A stretch of DNA of 63,939 nucleotides, the filler included, from Octopus bimaculoides (taxonomy: Eukaryota), in the NCBI RefSeq assembly GCF_001194135.2. It is 6 parts of 6 records of this genome, joined end to end, with 100 filler letters (N's around TTAATTAATTAA, not from the genome) between each part and the next. Parts side by side here need not be neighbours in the genome. Positions count along the whole stretch, not along the records: positions 21,156 to 44,743 come from NC_068985.1; 5 more parts are not named here. The stretch is one strand, 5' to 3'. The notes beneath the pieces are model-generated. The model searched no databases. It was not told the origin of the DNA and worked only from the letters and a program-made list of their open reading frames with translations. Shown piece by piece: positions 28,214-39,264 of the stretch. Position numbers and translations under genes: made by a program. The first letter of the stretch is position 1, and each line of letters starts with the position of its first letter.

Positions 28214-29286
28214 ACATACGCATATNNNNNNNNNNNNNNNNNNNNNNNNNNNNNNNNNNNNNNNNNNNNNNNNNNNNNNNNNNNNNNNNNNNNNNNNNNN
28301 NNNNNNNNNNNNNNNNNNNNNATATATATATATATATATATATACATTATGCACGGAGAACGGACATTAGAAAATGGAAGATAACTTAAATGTAGTTTGC
28401 CTGCAGTGTGTAAAGCTTTCGCTCTGAACAAAGAAATATAAATACGTCATGTTAATCTCTTCGCTTACGGAAAAATAACATATTATCCTGACAATTTTCA
28501 TGGATGTTTGACCACTCAACGGAGGATAACTACGCCTCACACTTTTCTACACGCAATCGATTGAAATCTGGCACAAATCCTGATCTAGCTAAAATAGCAG
28601 GACTAATTTACATATCGTGCATTGATCAGCAGTTTGATTAAACACTGAAGTATTTTATGCACAGTGTGTATTAGAATATCTAAGATAAATTTAGAACAGT
28701 TAGCCTACAATTTATAACATATATGTTGCCATCGAACGTAAATACAGTTTTCTTTTCTTGACATCTTCATACACAGAAAAATATAAAGATATTCTTGAAA
28801 TATTTTGTTCTACATAAGATAAGGCCCTCTCAACTAACAGTCTGTACGAAGAACTTGACAGATCGGTTTTATTGTTTTGACATAACACGGTTCGATGTTA
28901 CAACGTTGGTCTACTCTGATAACAATGGCTATTTAGATCAGACGTGGAACAGGTCTAAACTTTATTGTCTATACTAATTTGCATATCAGTTGTTATTCGG
29001 TTTTGTGATTAAATATTTACTCAATGATTTCTATACGAAGAACGTATATTGGAAAATCTAGATAAATACAGTTCTGTAGAAGTCAACAGTGCAATTCGTT
29101 GGAGATGTGGAAGGCGTGGGAGGCGTGGAAAGAGGAGGAAACCGAAAATAAAATATATGAATTAGAATTATCAGCGAAGTATCCACATATATAAAATTAA
29201 AGAGTGGCGCCACAACATCATGTTTTCTACTTATATGGCCGTCTCTACTAATAAATTGATCCTTGTTTGTCCTAACCCCATTGCAG

Positions 29287-29372
29287 CATGTGTATAGAGC
29301 TTGCGTGTGACTATTTGACAGTCTTCTCTGGCGGCACAAAGTGGTTAAGTGTGGCCATGTCAAACACAGAAA
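29287..29372 (+). CDS. Candidate exon: MCIELACDYLTVFSGGTKWLSVAMSNTE
   Basis: Acceptor CCTTGTTTGTCCTAACCCCATTGCAG with CTAAT about 35 nt upstream; donor AAA|GTATGG; only phase 2-1 is open. No homology recognised. Confidence 0.33.
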
Positions 29373-29560
29373 GTATGGGTTTCCTTTACTTTTTCGTATT
29401 TCTGTTTCTGAAATGAAAATACGACAAATTAGGAAGCACCTACGTTGAAATGGTGTTTTTTAAAAAAAATTCAAATTTATAAATATTAAGAGTGATCATA
29501 TGTAATATTTTATGAATATGGAAAACGTTTCAAAAGACGCAGGAGTGGCTTATAGGAGAA

Positions 29561-29717
29561 GGAGTGGCTGTGTGGTAAGTAGCTTGCTCCCTAACCACAT
29601 GGTTCCGGGTGCAGTCCTACTGCGTGGCAACTTGGGCAAGTGTATTTTACTATAGCCTTGGGCCGACCAAAGACCTGGGAGTGGATTTGGTAGAAGGAAA
29701 CTGAAAGAAGCTCGTCG

Positions 29718-29805
<88 letters not shown>

Positions 29806-30040
29806 TGTATGTATATATGTGTGTCTGTGTGTTTGAATGTCGGTGCTTGTACCCACAACATCGCTTGACAACCGATGCTGGTGTGTTTACGTTCCTGTAC
29901 ATTAGCGGTACGGCTAAAGAGACCGATAGAATAAGTACTACGCTTACAAAAAATAAATCCTGGGGGTCTATTTGCTCGACTAAAGGCGGTGCTGCAGCAT
30001 GGCCGTGGTCAAATCTCTGAAACAAATAAAAGAATAAAAG
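29561..30040 (+). mobile_element. Full-length family A SINE with internal (CA)n(TA)n
   Basis: Complete head, core, microsatellite, and tail ending AAACAAATAAAAGAATAAAAG. A short duplicated head (GCAGGAGTGGCT) precedes it at 29539-29550. Confidence 0.92.
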
Positions 30041-30311
30041 AAACAAATGAACGTCTGGGGTGCGAAAAGCGTATGTTGTAATGCATTAATAAGTCCTATG
30101 AACTTCTATCCACAAGTTATTAATGTTATTATGTTTATCCAAAGCTGAAAGGAGTTCCGCTTTGTATAAGCATACCATCGAATTACCCAGGAAGATGGAA
30201 TTAACAAGTGCTTGACGACAAAGAGGACCTTAGGAGTCTTTAAGAAAGCATTCTGAGGTTTTTGCCCTGACAAATCTAAACGGGTATTTACGTACATACA
30301 TACACACATAC

Positions 30312-30344
<33 letters not shown>

Positions 30345-31450
30345 NNNNNNNNNNNNNNNNNNNNNNNNNNNNNNNNNNNNNNNNNNNNNNNNNNNNNNNN
30401 NNNNNNNNNNNNNNNNNNNNNNNNNNNNNNNNNNNNNNNNNNNNNNNNNNNNNNNNNNNNNNNNNNNNNNNNNNNNNNNNNNNNNNNNNNNNNNNNNNNN
30501 NNNNNNNNNNNNNNNNNNNNNNNNNNNNNNNNNNNNNNNNNNNNNNNNNNNNNNNNNNNNNNNNNNNNATATATATATATATATATAGAAATATATTTAC
30601 AAATATATAATATACAGAAATAAATATTTGTATACATACATATATACATATACATGCATACATATATATATACATAGAAATATGGAGATATATATATGTG
30701 TGCGCGCGCATGGTGTGCGTATGTTTGTATGTATATATATATATATGCATATAGATATACATGTGTATGCGTGTCTGTGTGCATGTGTATGTGTGTGCGG
30801 GCGCCTGAGTTCTTCTGTTTGTGTGTGTTAATAGTGTAGAAGCGTAGCCATATATAAACAGATATCGGAAGAGAAAATTTTCTTTCTCCACAAACCAAGC
30901 ATAAGACGTAGATGCTAAGCAGTCTCTCGTTAAGCATTAAAGCCGATTACCGCAACAGAATCATTTTTGTGAATTAATTCGGTATTACAACATTCAGTGT
31001 ACTGACGATTGCCATCATCATCATCATCATCGTAATTATCGTCACCCTCCTCATCATCATCATCATCATCATCTCATTATCGTAATCGTAATCATCATCA
31101 TTGCAATTGTATTTATTCGAATATTTAGGGGAAATCGTTATTGAAAAGGTTAAATTGTTTAGAGATGCAGGTTGCGCCAACGAGTAAATTCGTGGAAATG
31201 TGGACGCGAGTTTCGAGCATGGGCCTACGAGACAGGTCTGCTAGGAAACCTGGAGTTGACCACTGTTTTCGTGTTCAAGATGACCCTGACTTTCTGGGAA
31301 TTCCACAAGTAGTTTCCCTATCCTTTTGAAGAATTTAGTTTCGAAAATGTTTTTAGTTTTTAGTTTTTTTTTTTTAGAGAACGATGCACCATGTGATGCT
31401 AAAATATATTGTTCTGGACCGTTCTCGATCTCTTCTGAGTTAAGAAATCG

Positions 31451-31451
31451 T

Positions 31452-31533
<82 letters not shown>

Positions 31534-31611
31534 GGTGGTGGTAGTAGTGGTAATAGTGGTAGTAGTGGTAGTAGCAGCAGCAGCAACAGCAGTAGTAGTG
31601 GTAGTAGTGGT

Positions 31612-31669
<58 letters not shown>

Positions 31670-31727
31670 ACAGCAGCGGCAGCAGCAGCAATAGTAGTAG
31701 TAGTAGTAGTAGTAGTAGCAATAGTAT
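31451..31727. repeat. (AGT)n-(GGT)n-(GCA)n compound trinucleotide repeat
   Basis: Directly visible; it produces the poly-L and poly-V/A ORFs. Confidence 0.97.
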
Positions 31728-31974
31728 CATCAAGATGGTGTAGCTAGCGGAATCATTAACACGCAGGACAAAATGTTGACTGTAGACAGGTATTTCATCC
31801 GTCTTTATGTCCTGAATTCAAATTCCATCTACCTTAATTTTGTTTGTCATCTTTTCGCGTTCGAATAAAATAGCTACCAATTTCGCACAGGGTTCGATTT
31901 AAATGACAGGCCCTCTCCTCCAAATTTTCAAGTTTTGTGCCTTTAGTAGAAAAGATTATTAGGTACCTGCACTA

Positions 31975-32101
31975 CTGGGTGTCCACAAGGTCTGGGAACA
32001 TGGAGTAAATAAAATCATAACATAAACAATTAAATATAAGAAATAATAATTTCTTAAAATATGTGTCAATCCCCATGTACCCAGACTTTGTGGACACCCT
32101 G
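31975..32101. mobile_element. 127-bp Tc1/mariner-type MITE
   Basis: 29-bp TIRs CTGGGTGTCCACAAGGTCTGGGAACATGG / CAGGGTGTCCACAAAGTCTGGGTACATGG (3 mismatches), with TA on both flanks. Confidence 0.85.
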
Positions 32102-32659
32102 TATAGTGTGAATGATACAAGTTCATTAATGCTGTCGTCTGCAAGTTACCAGTAAATTACTCTGACGAACGGGGAAATTTGAAGTTCCGACTCGTAAATG
32201 TATACGGATTATTAGCAGTTCTGGTCCACCAGTGCCCGGAAAGTTCCTGTATTTTTAAAGTCACCACAAAACAGCAACAACAAAAGCGAGAAACTGGGGA
32301 ACCCATTTTGCGAAACGAAAGATATTCTGGCAGATTTTATATCAACAGTGATTGGAAAGTTGGGATTTCCCCAGAGAGTAATTTCTTTAACAAAACAAAT
32401 GTTTGTTCCTCATATAATCAGTGTTTCGACACAGCTTAAAGTTGATTCATTTTTGAATGATCCCTAAATTAATACAACATTCTAAAATGAGAAATATGTC
32501 TCTACCGTGATACAATAGTCTCGACTTCAATCACGTGACGAAGTGTAATAACAAAAGCAACTGACAGCAAGAATGAAAATGACGGTGCCGTATGTAACAA
32601 AATATTTAAATGCCAGAAAAATAATGATAATAAAAGTATGCACTAAAAATGAAATTTAT

Positions 32660-32732
32660 AGGTTCCAGTGAGTTTCGAACTCACGACCTTCTGCGTGTAA
32701 AGCAGACGTGATAACCACTACACCACGGAACC
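32660..32732 (-). tRNA. TRNAV-UAC: tRNA-Val, anticodon TAC
   Basis: GGTTCCGTGGTGTAGTGGTTATCACGTCTGCTTTACACGCAGAAGGTCGTGAGTTCGAAACTCACTGGAACC. Acceptor stem 7 bp (one G-U), anticodon stem TCTGC/GCAGA, T stem GTGAG/CTCAC, intact A and B boxes, TTTTT terminator at 32645-32649. Confidence 0.93.
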
Positions 32733-33209
32733 GGATGCAGAACTCAGCTCAATATTCTTCTTATCATATACAATTTTGTATCTCGTACACGGTGTATAAT
32801 GCTGGTGAAGTTTTAAAATGAACAGAGGGGTATGGGAAGTATTTAGTTATATTTATTTAAAGTATTTCGAATCCTGTTAGATTTCACTTTACCTTTCTTA
32901 GTTTTCAAGGGTCCAAAAGTGGACTAGTTCAATTGGAAATTATTGAACTTCTCTATAAATATTGATCCACTTTCAATATCTATCTTTAACATTGGCACAG
33001 ACAGATATTTCTAAAGATTGAGCAATGGGTAAATTTTAGACACAGTATATTATTTGTATATATTTTAACGTCACTGAAAGTAGGAAAGATGTATACTTGA
33101 CCAATGGAAATGGTCATTATTTTATAGGCCCCTAAATCCATGAAACTCTATATAAGATACAACTTAGATATGATAAATGAATTAGACATTTGAGGGAAAT
33201 AATCTAAGT

Positions 33210-33282
33210 GGTTCCATGGTGTAGTGACAATTACATCTGCTTAACACGCAGAACGTCGCGAGTTCAAGACTCACTAGAACCT
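33210..33282 (+). pseudogene. Degenerate tRNA-Val copy with AAC anticodon
   Basis: Same body as the TAC gene, but the loop is TTAACAC, the D-loop GG is lost (AGTGACAA), the T-loop is TTCAAGA, and there are C-A mismatches in the acceptor and T stems. Confidence 0.8.
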
Positions 33283-33435
33283 AAATTGATATATATATAT
33301 ATAAACTTATATATGTTTCGACCAAAGATTGGTCCAGGCCATGTCTAACTAAATAGCACCACCTGACAGGATTATCTAAATCCTTTTTAAGTCAAGTTTT
33401 GTTTATGGTCCATTCAAGTAGTAGTTTTGTTTATT

Positions 33436-33484
<49 letters not shown>

Positions 33485-33752
33485 TCGTAACCATAGACGA
33501 GTGTCTTTTTGTGTCAGCGAGTTTGGTAATATATAAAGTTTGTGAAACGACTAATAAAGAATCTACTTAACTGTACGATAGAAATGTCAAGAAAATGTTA
33601 TCTAATAGCGTAGGAGTGGCTGTGTGGTAATTATGAAAACATAATTATGAGCAGCGCACATTTAGAACCGTCGCAGTCGTTCCAAAAGCTAGGCGATCGT
33701 TCCAGATAAATCCACGTGCTTAAAATAGTGAGATCAACACATACGAACATAC

Positions 33753-33824
33753 CCGTATAGTTTCTACACTGCTGATACAGGATGTTATTCCACATGCCAC
33801 TTAGTTTCCTCTTCCTTTGGTAAT
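33753..33824 (-). CDS. Candidate 72-nt internal exon: (D)YQRKRKLSGMWNNILYQQCRNYT
   Basis: Strong acceptor GCTTCTCTTTGCTCTCAG and donor CGG|GTATGT; only phase 1-1 is open. No homology recognised. Confidence 0.42.
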
Positions 33825-34419
33825 CTGAGAGCAAAGAGAAGCTCATTTTGCGAAGTTGCGATTCATAATTTCTATTCTTGGATGGGCAAATAATAGCAAC
33901 CTGTCTTTCATGACAGGTTGCAATTACGTTACATTTTTACCTCGATAAACTGATTATATCTAATAATTCTGCTTGACTACTAAACACTATCCAAAGCCTT
34001 GTTGTCATATATGCTTTTGTGAGTGACGTGTAAATTAACGTTTACAATTCGGAAAATAGCTGTATTTTCCTCATTTTACAAAGTGTATCTACTTCTATAA
34101 GAGATTCAGTTTTTCTCTGTGTATGTGTGCGTTTGGGGTTGGTGTCGTAATATTCAAAGTTAATTTCCTTGGGGGTACTTCCGCTGATCTAACTAGAGAG
34201 GCCATACTGAAAAGAAATGTAAATAGACGAAAATAAAATTAATTCTAATATGTTTGAAAACAGTTTTTATTTCCTCCAGCATTGAGCAACATTTTTCACT
34301 TTCGGAAGATCTGTTTGAAAATAATCCGAAAAGAGAAAACTTTACATTCAGGAAACATGGTAAAACTCTAAGTATCGTCGAAGCGGACAAGATGCTCAGA
34401 CGTCGACGACATACCTAAT

Positions 34420-34875
34420 AATCCTTTCTACTATAAGATTGGGGTCTTAAACTTGGAGGGGAAGGGTGCTAGTCGATTACACTAACCCTAATATTTAACT
34501 GGTACTTATTTTATCGATCTCAAAAAAGATGAAAGTGACAATCGACCTCGGTGGACTTTGAGCTCAAGACGGACGAAATCCCTCTAGGTATTTTGCGCAG
34601 CGTGCTAACGATTCTGCCAGCTCACACTCTTCATCATATCTAATAAGAATAGCAACAATAATTATAGTTTCAAACCGTGGCGTAATGTGAACAATTTTAC
34701 GGAGTGAACTTATCAACTGATTCCACAGACTCCAGTTATTTCTGGCACATTATTTTATCGAACCTGATAGAATAAAACGCAAAGATGACTGCCGCTGGAT
34801 TTGAGCATGAAACGTAAAATGCCGGAAGAATTTTTCCGACACACTAACAAATTTGCTCGCTCGCTCGCTCGCAGC
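34420..34875 (-). mobile_element. Two adjacent degenerate family B SINEs (about 34420-34625 and 34670-34875)
   Basis: Each shows CTGGTAC/CACTTATTTTATCGA..GATxAAAxG..GAC..ATTTGAGC..AACGATTCTGCCAGCTC-like blocks. Confidence 0.75.
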
Positions 34876-34994
34876 CTAAATAAAAATAATATTAAATGTT
34901 GTTTACTCACCACGCGGGCAACAAAACACATTTAGGACAATACAAAGACAAATGATAGTAGAGATTCCCATAAACACAAGTAAACAAAAGCATG

Positions 34995-35600
34995 TTCCTG
35001 CATCTGGCCAATTTATTTCAACACCCAGCAGATGTCACTGTATTTTAAAAGGCTCCAACCTCAGGAACGAAAACAGCCGACATGAGAATATCCGCAAAGT
35101 ATTTACGTTCATCCCTATCGAACGTTTTTGACTGATTTAAACAGTTCAACATATCACCCATGCCAGTTTCTTTACTCGTCCTTTTTATGATATATCGCGT
35201 GACGCGGAGGTTTTCGCGGAGACCTGTTTCAGATGTTACATATCTGCGTTTCACAGACCAGATCATCGACATGTATACATCTCTTGACCAAAATTCTTCA
35301 GCACTGCAACTAGCATAGACAGGGGTCTGAAGTTGCTAAAAACCATTCACTTCGATAGAGGTCTTCCTGAACAACAACACCATCACACCTCGTTTCGCAG
35401 TTCTACTACCAGTTGCACTAGACATCTGTCAAGAGAACTCCGAACTGACTTATTGTGTGAAGAAGTGCGCAGGTCGTGCAGCTTAACCATGGCTTCCTGT
35501 ATTTCATGTGCTGTTGTCATCCCTTCACAGAGCTCCATATAAGTAGCCAAAAGCCATGATACATTGTCGAGGTCGGCGTTGAAATCCATTTACCTCTTCT
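34995..35600 (-). mobile_element. Decayed Tx1/L1-clade LINE reverse transcriptase fragment
   Basis: CEGMTTAHEIQEAM; LRENLRVTRYIIKRTSKETGMGDMLNCLNQSKTFDRDERKYFADILMSAVF; YSDICWVLK match recalled CEG.ITA.EV..AM / IHDNLHL.RYII...GG.LINLDQSKAFDRV.H.YL / LYSDI.S.V motifs. Confidence 0.78.
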
Positions 35601-37004
35601 ACCTGCCATTCTCCCCTTAAAGCTGAGTAGAATATGATTGAAAAAGCTACCCATATCTGCTATTCAGGGCCATCGAATGGCTTCCATTTCTCCATGCATG
35701 AGAGTACTCGCTCCGGTTCTGACAACGCAATCTTTGTGCTTTGCCAAACTGGCCACCAGCATTTCAATCGAAATGCTTTTGCTTAGCGCCTCTGCTAGAT
35801 TCTTAACTGACCTGATCTCACTTCTAGAATTTTATATCCCTATTTGCTTATTAAACTACAGAAACGGTAATCTAATTGCGCTTTGTAGGGATAACCGTTG
35901 GCGATTCACCTGTCGATTTTCTCTTAACTAGTTCTCTAATCTAGTTCGCTAAGTTTAGCGCGAAGAATAAATTGATTTTAGTTTCCCGTAATCGGTGATG
36001 TTATGAGTGCTCATATTTCATAAATATTGAATTAGACTCCTATGTAATCATTCTAGATGAAATAAATGCAGGATCATTCCTCATACGCTCAAGTTTATAC
36101 TGCGTATTACATATACTACCTATAGTATACTGCCTACAAATGCCAAACTTGTAGCCTCTGTCGCTGAATTTTGAATTGTGGACAGCCTATCTGGTGACCA
36201 ACAAAGTATTCTGTCCACACAGTCCAAAAGTTAAAGAACAAACAAAAAGGCGAGAAGAAATGCGTTTTACCTCACATCGAAGAATTTTACACTGCTTCAC
36301 AAAGCAAAACATCTGCTAGATGATTTAAAACAGTTACCTAATTGTTTCTGGGAGATTTGTGTACAGATTAACAACAGAAATAATGCGAAACCCGTGAAAG
36401 ACAAAGTGTTATAGAAGAATTTTCAGACAAACTTTGATCAAATTTCAGAAGAACTTAGCCTGGGCGTGCACTTTTTTCAACTCCCTCAGCATCAAGCACA
36501 ATTTTTCTCGGGGTGGGCATTTTAGGAAGGAGCTAGTGAGTAAACATTGAAACTATGAAAAAGTTGATAGAAGCAGGGGGTCATAGTTTTGAGGATCTTT
36601 AGTCTGGTTCAGGTAGAGATCACTCCTCACTGGCGCGAGCACATTCATGTTTTGAGTTTCCATTCTGTGTTGCTGTTTTCCTAGATGTTCTCATTTTTCA
36701 GCATGTAATTGAGAAGCTCGAAGACATATTCAAAGGAAAGAAAACTTTATCCTCAAGTCGGAGATTGTTCCAGAGGCTTCCAAAATGAGTAACCGCTCTA
36801 AAGGTATCAGCTGTAATATTACACCGGTTGGTGGTTTATGTCTACAAGATATGAAGGACGTGGCTGTGTTATTAGCTGTAATCAGGATGCCAGGAGTCGG
36901 GTAAATTCCGCAAAATATCAAGTCCGACTTTTTTCTGTACTCCTCAACCCATCACTCCGGATTATCCTTTTGTTATCGTTTCTGAATTAATTGCTTCAAA
37001 ATTT

Positions 37005-37160
37005 TGCTCAAGGCCAGCAAACGGGCACATATTTTATCGAATCCGTAAGGATGAAAGGCAGAGTAGACCCCGACGGAAGTTGAATTCTCAAAGTGAAAAC
37101 GGACGAAAGGCCGCTGAGCCTTTTTGTCTGGCGTGCTAATACTACTGGCAGCTCGTTGCC
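37005..37160 (-). mobile_element. Family B SINE copy
   Basis: TTTTATCGAATCCGTAAGGATGAAAGGCAGAGTAGACCCCGACGGAAGTTGAATTC...GGCGTGCTAAT..GGCAGCTCG. Confidence 0.78.
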
Positions 37161-38654
37161 TTACATGCCGATCCTGAAATAATGAAATTAAACTCGATGT
37201 CGGCGATAATTGAACTCATACCAAATGGTATCAAAACACATATAAGAGGAAATTCTATGAAACTGTTCACCGACTCTGCCAGTTCCAAGCCTAGGTAAAA
37301 ATTCGAAGCTATTTACAGTAGCGCAGCCAATTAAGTGTTTCTGCTTTTTCAGTTTATTTTTAATAGTCTACTTTTGAAATTGTTTTTAGAAAGACAACAA
37401 TAAAAATATGGTAGACTTTATTGCTTACATTACTTTAACCTAGTGGGTATTCTGCGTAACAGGATTTCTGAAACCAGTTAATTTACTCCTACTTCCATCT
37501 TATTAACGTTGCCATGTTATAAAATTAAAAGTAAAATCACAGACTTGATTCTCCATACTGTTTACGTTAATCAAAATATATAATTCAAATTTAAATATTA
37601 TCTTTATTTTTAATTACTTTGATGTAAGTCAACAGTTTGATTTCATTTCAAACTTCACTTCCACATTAAGCTATGTAAATAAATCGCTCAATATTCCGGC
37701 AGCAGAACTAAGCTCATATTCCATTCACTCCTTTACTAAGAGCTAAAGTCGTTTGAATTATACCAATTAAAGAAGAGAATGGTCGACAAATATTTTTCTT
37801 GGCATCTTCTCTGGTTATATTATTAACAATTTTGTTTTCTTTGTTTTACTGGTGTGTTTTTCTTGGATAATGCGATCCATTCTTATCATTGCTGAAAATC
37901 CCAAGGCGATAAATTTCTTATTATTGCTCACTTGAAAGCAGCTTATTTAGCTTAGAGGCTCCACATAGCTGAAACTTCACAGTTTCTATTTTACTATTTC
38001 GAGCTTCTACATTGGATTCCTGTCTGGTTTCGCACTTATTCTCAGGTCTTTGTTGCAGATAATATTTCTATATCAGGGATAAATTACAATATCACTATAG
38101 TGTTACTTAACACTAGCACATCCCCGATCGAACAGAACCATGATTTATAGGTATTTCACCCGCGATAATCATAAATTTTGCACGGGTAGAGCGTACCAAA
38201 TATAGTATACTCCTATGTGTCTCTCGTTTCAATACAATAATTTGTAATTTGAGGGACATTTAGCTGATATCACGAATCAATCCATATAAACATACTCGTT
38301 GGGTAATGGAGAACTAAACAATTTTTATTATTCTGTCGAAAGTTTGTGCGTTCAAACCCAAATTGGCTTGTTAAACCACCTTTCAATCGTGTCAGTAAAA
38401 AGATGCTACATTATAAGAAACAGGTGTTATGTGATGTTATGTATCTGTTCTTTTTTTTTCCTTTTCTCTTTTTTGCTATCGGCATATCTCTTTTACAGAC
38501 ATACGTTGCATAATTTATTCTGTACATATTTATGTACCCAAGCTTATGTAGGATCTATTATCTTTGTGAGGACTCTCTCTCCCTCCCTCTATCTTTTTCC
38601 TCTCCTGTCTCTGTTTCTGTCTCCCCCACTCTCCAATCTTCTTTCGCCCCCTCT

Positions 38655-38900
38655 CTCATGGATATTAAGACTAAGGACTTTCAGTTACTCTGGTTCAAAG
38701 TCTATCTTCCTCATTCCTCTAAATACAACTGCTTTTTCTACCATACTCTGAACTCCTCCTCCAACCACCAACAACTCTTTGACTCTGTTTCTTTCTGCAA
38801 CCACGACATACAGCACACTGCACTCATTTGTGAAGTAATTGTTCTCGGTATCTCCAAAAGCTGGATACAGGAATTCATTGTTTTCGCAATCCTGCTCCAA
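38655..38900 (+). mobile_element. Decayed CR1/L2/Jockey-group LINE apurinic endonuclease fragment
   Basis: DIKTKDFQLLWFKVYLPHSSKYNCFFYHTLNS...LFDSV...EVIVLG resembles the APE pattern LW.KI.LP..TKY.C..YRSPN...LFD...EII.LGDFN. Confidence 0.55.
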
Positions 38901-39264
38901 CCATCTCTGTCCTACGTGTTGGCATTATTATCATTCTCGATGATTTTGCATCTCCAGTCAAGGCTCGGTCCAACCTTCGACCAGCAACTTAGTGAAACTG
39001 CCAACCACTCATTCACATACTGCTATATGCCCCCACCACCAATTCTTAGGTTCTGTGACAGACTACAAGACAGCTGGCTGAGTGGTGGGATCTCTGATAG
39101 CTTAATGCTAAGCTTCCCCGAAATGCAGGTGCAGTGCCTCAAATATATTCTACAGTAGAGCCATACTATTCTCGTCATTTTAATGATGTAACAACGCAGT
39201 GAATGCCATTTAAGCATGGTTAACAGGCAACAAAACGCCTCCTTTAAATTCTTTGGCATATATA

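Noticed and set aside
31141-31329. CpG-rich 62-aa ORF
   Set aside because: Several frames are equally open, there is no convincing splice-site pair, and no motif is recognisable.
32179-32439. Protein-like minus-strand frame EITLWGNPNFPITVDIKSARISF beside the tRNA
   Set aside because: It is phase-compatible with the 33753 exon, but no good donor occurs before the stop; too weak to call.
33608-33630. GCGTAGGAGTGGCTGTGTGGTAA as a third tRNA
   Set aside because: It is only the first 23 nt of a family A SINE head.
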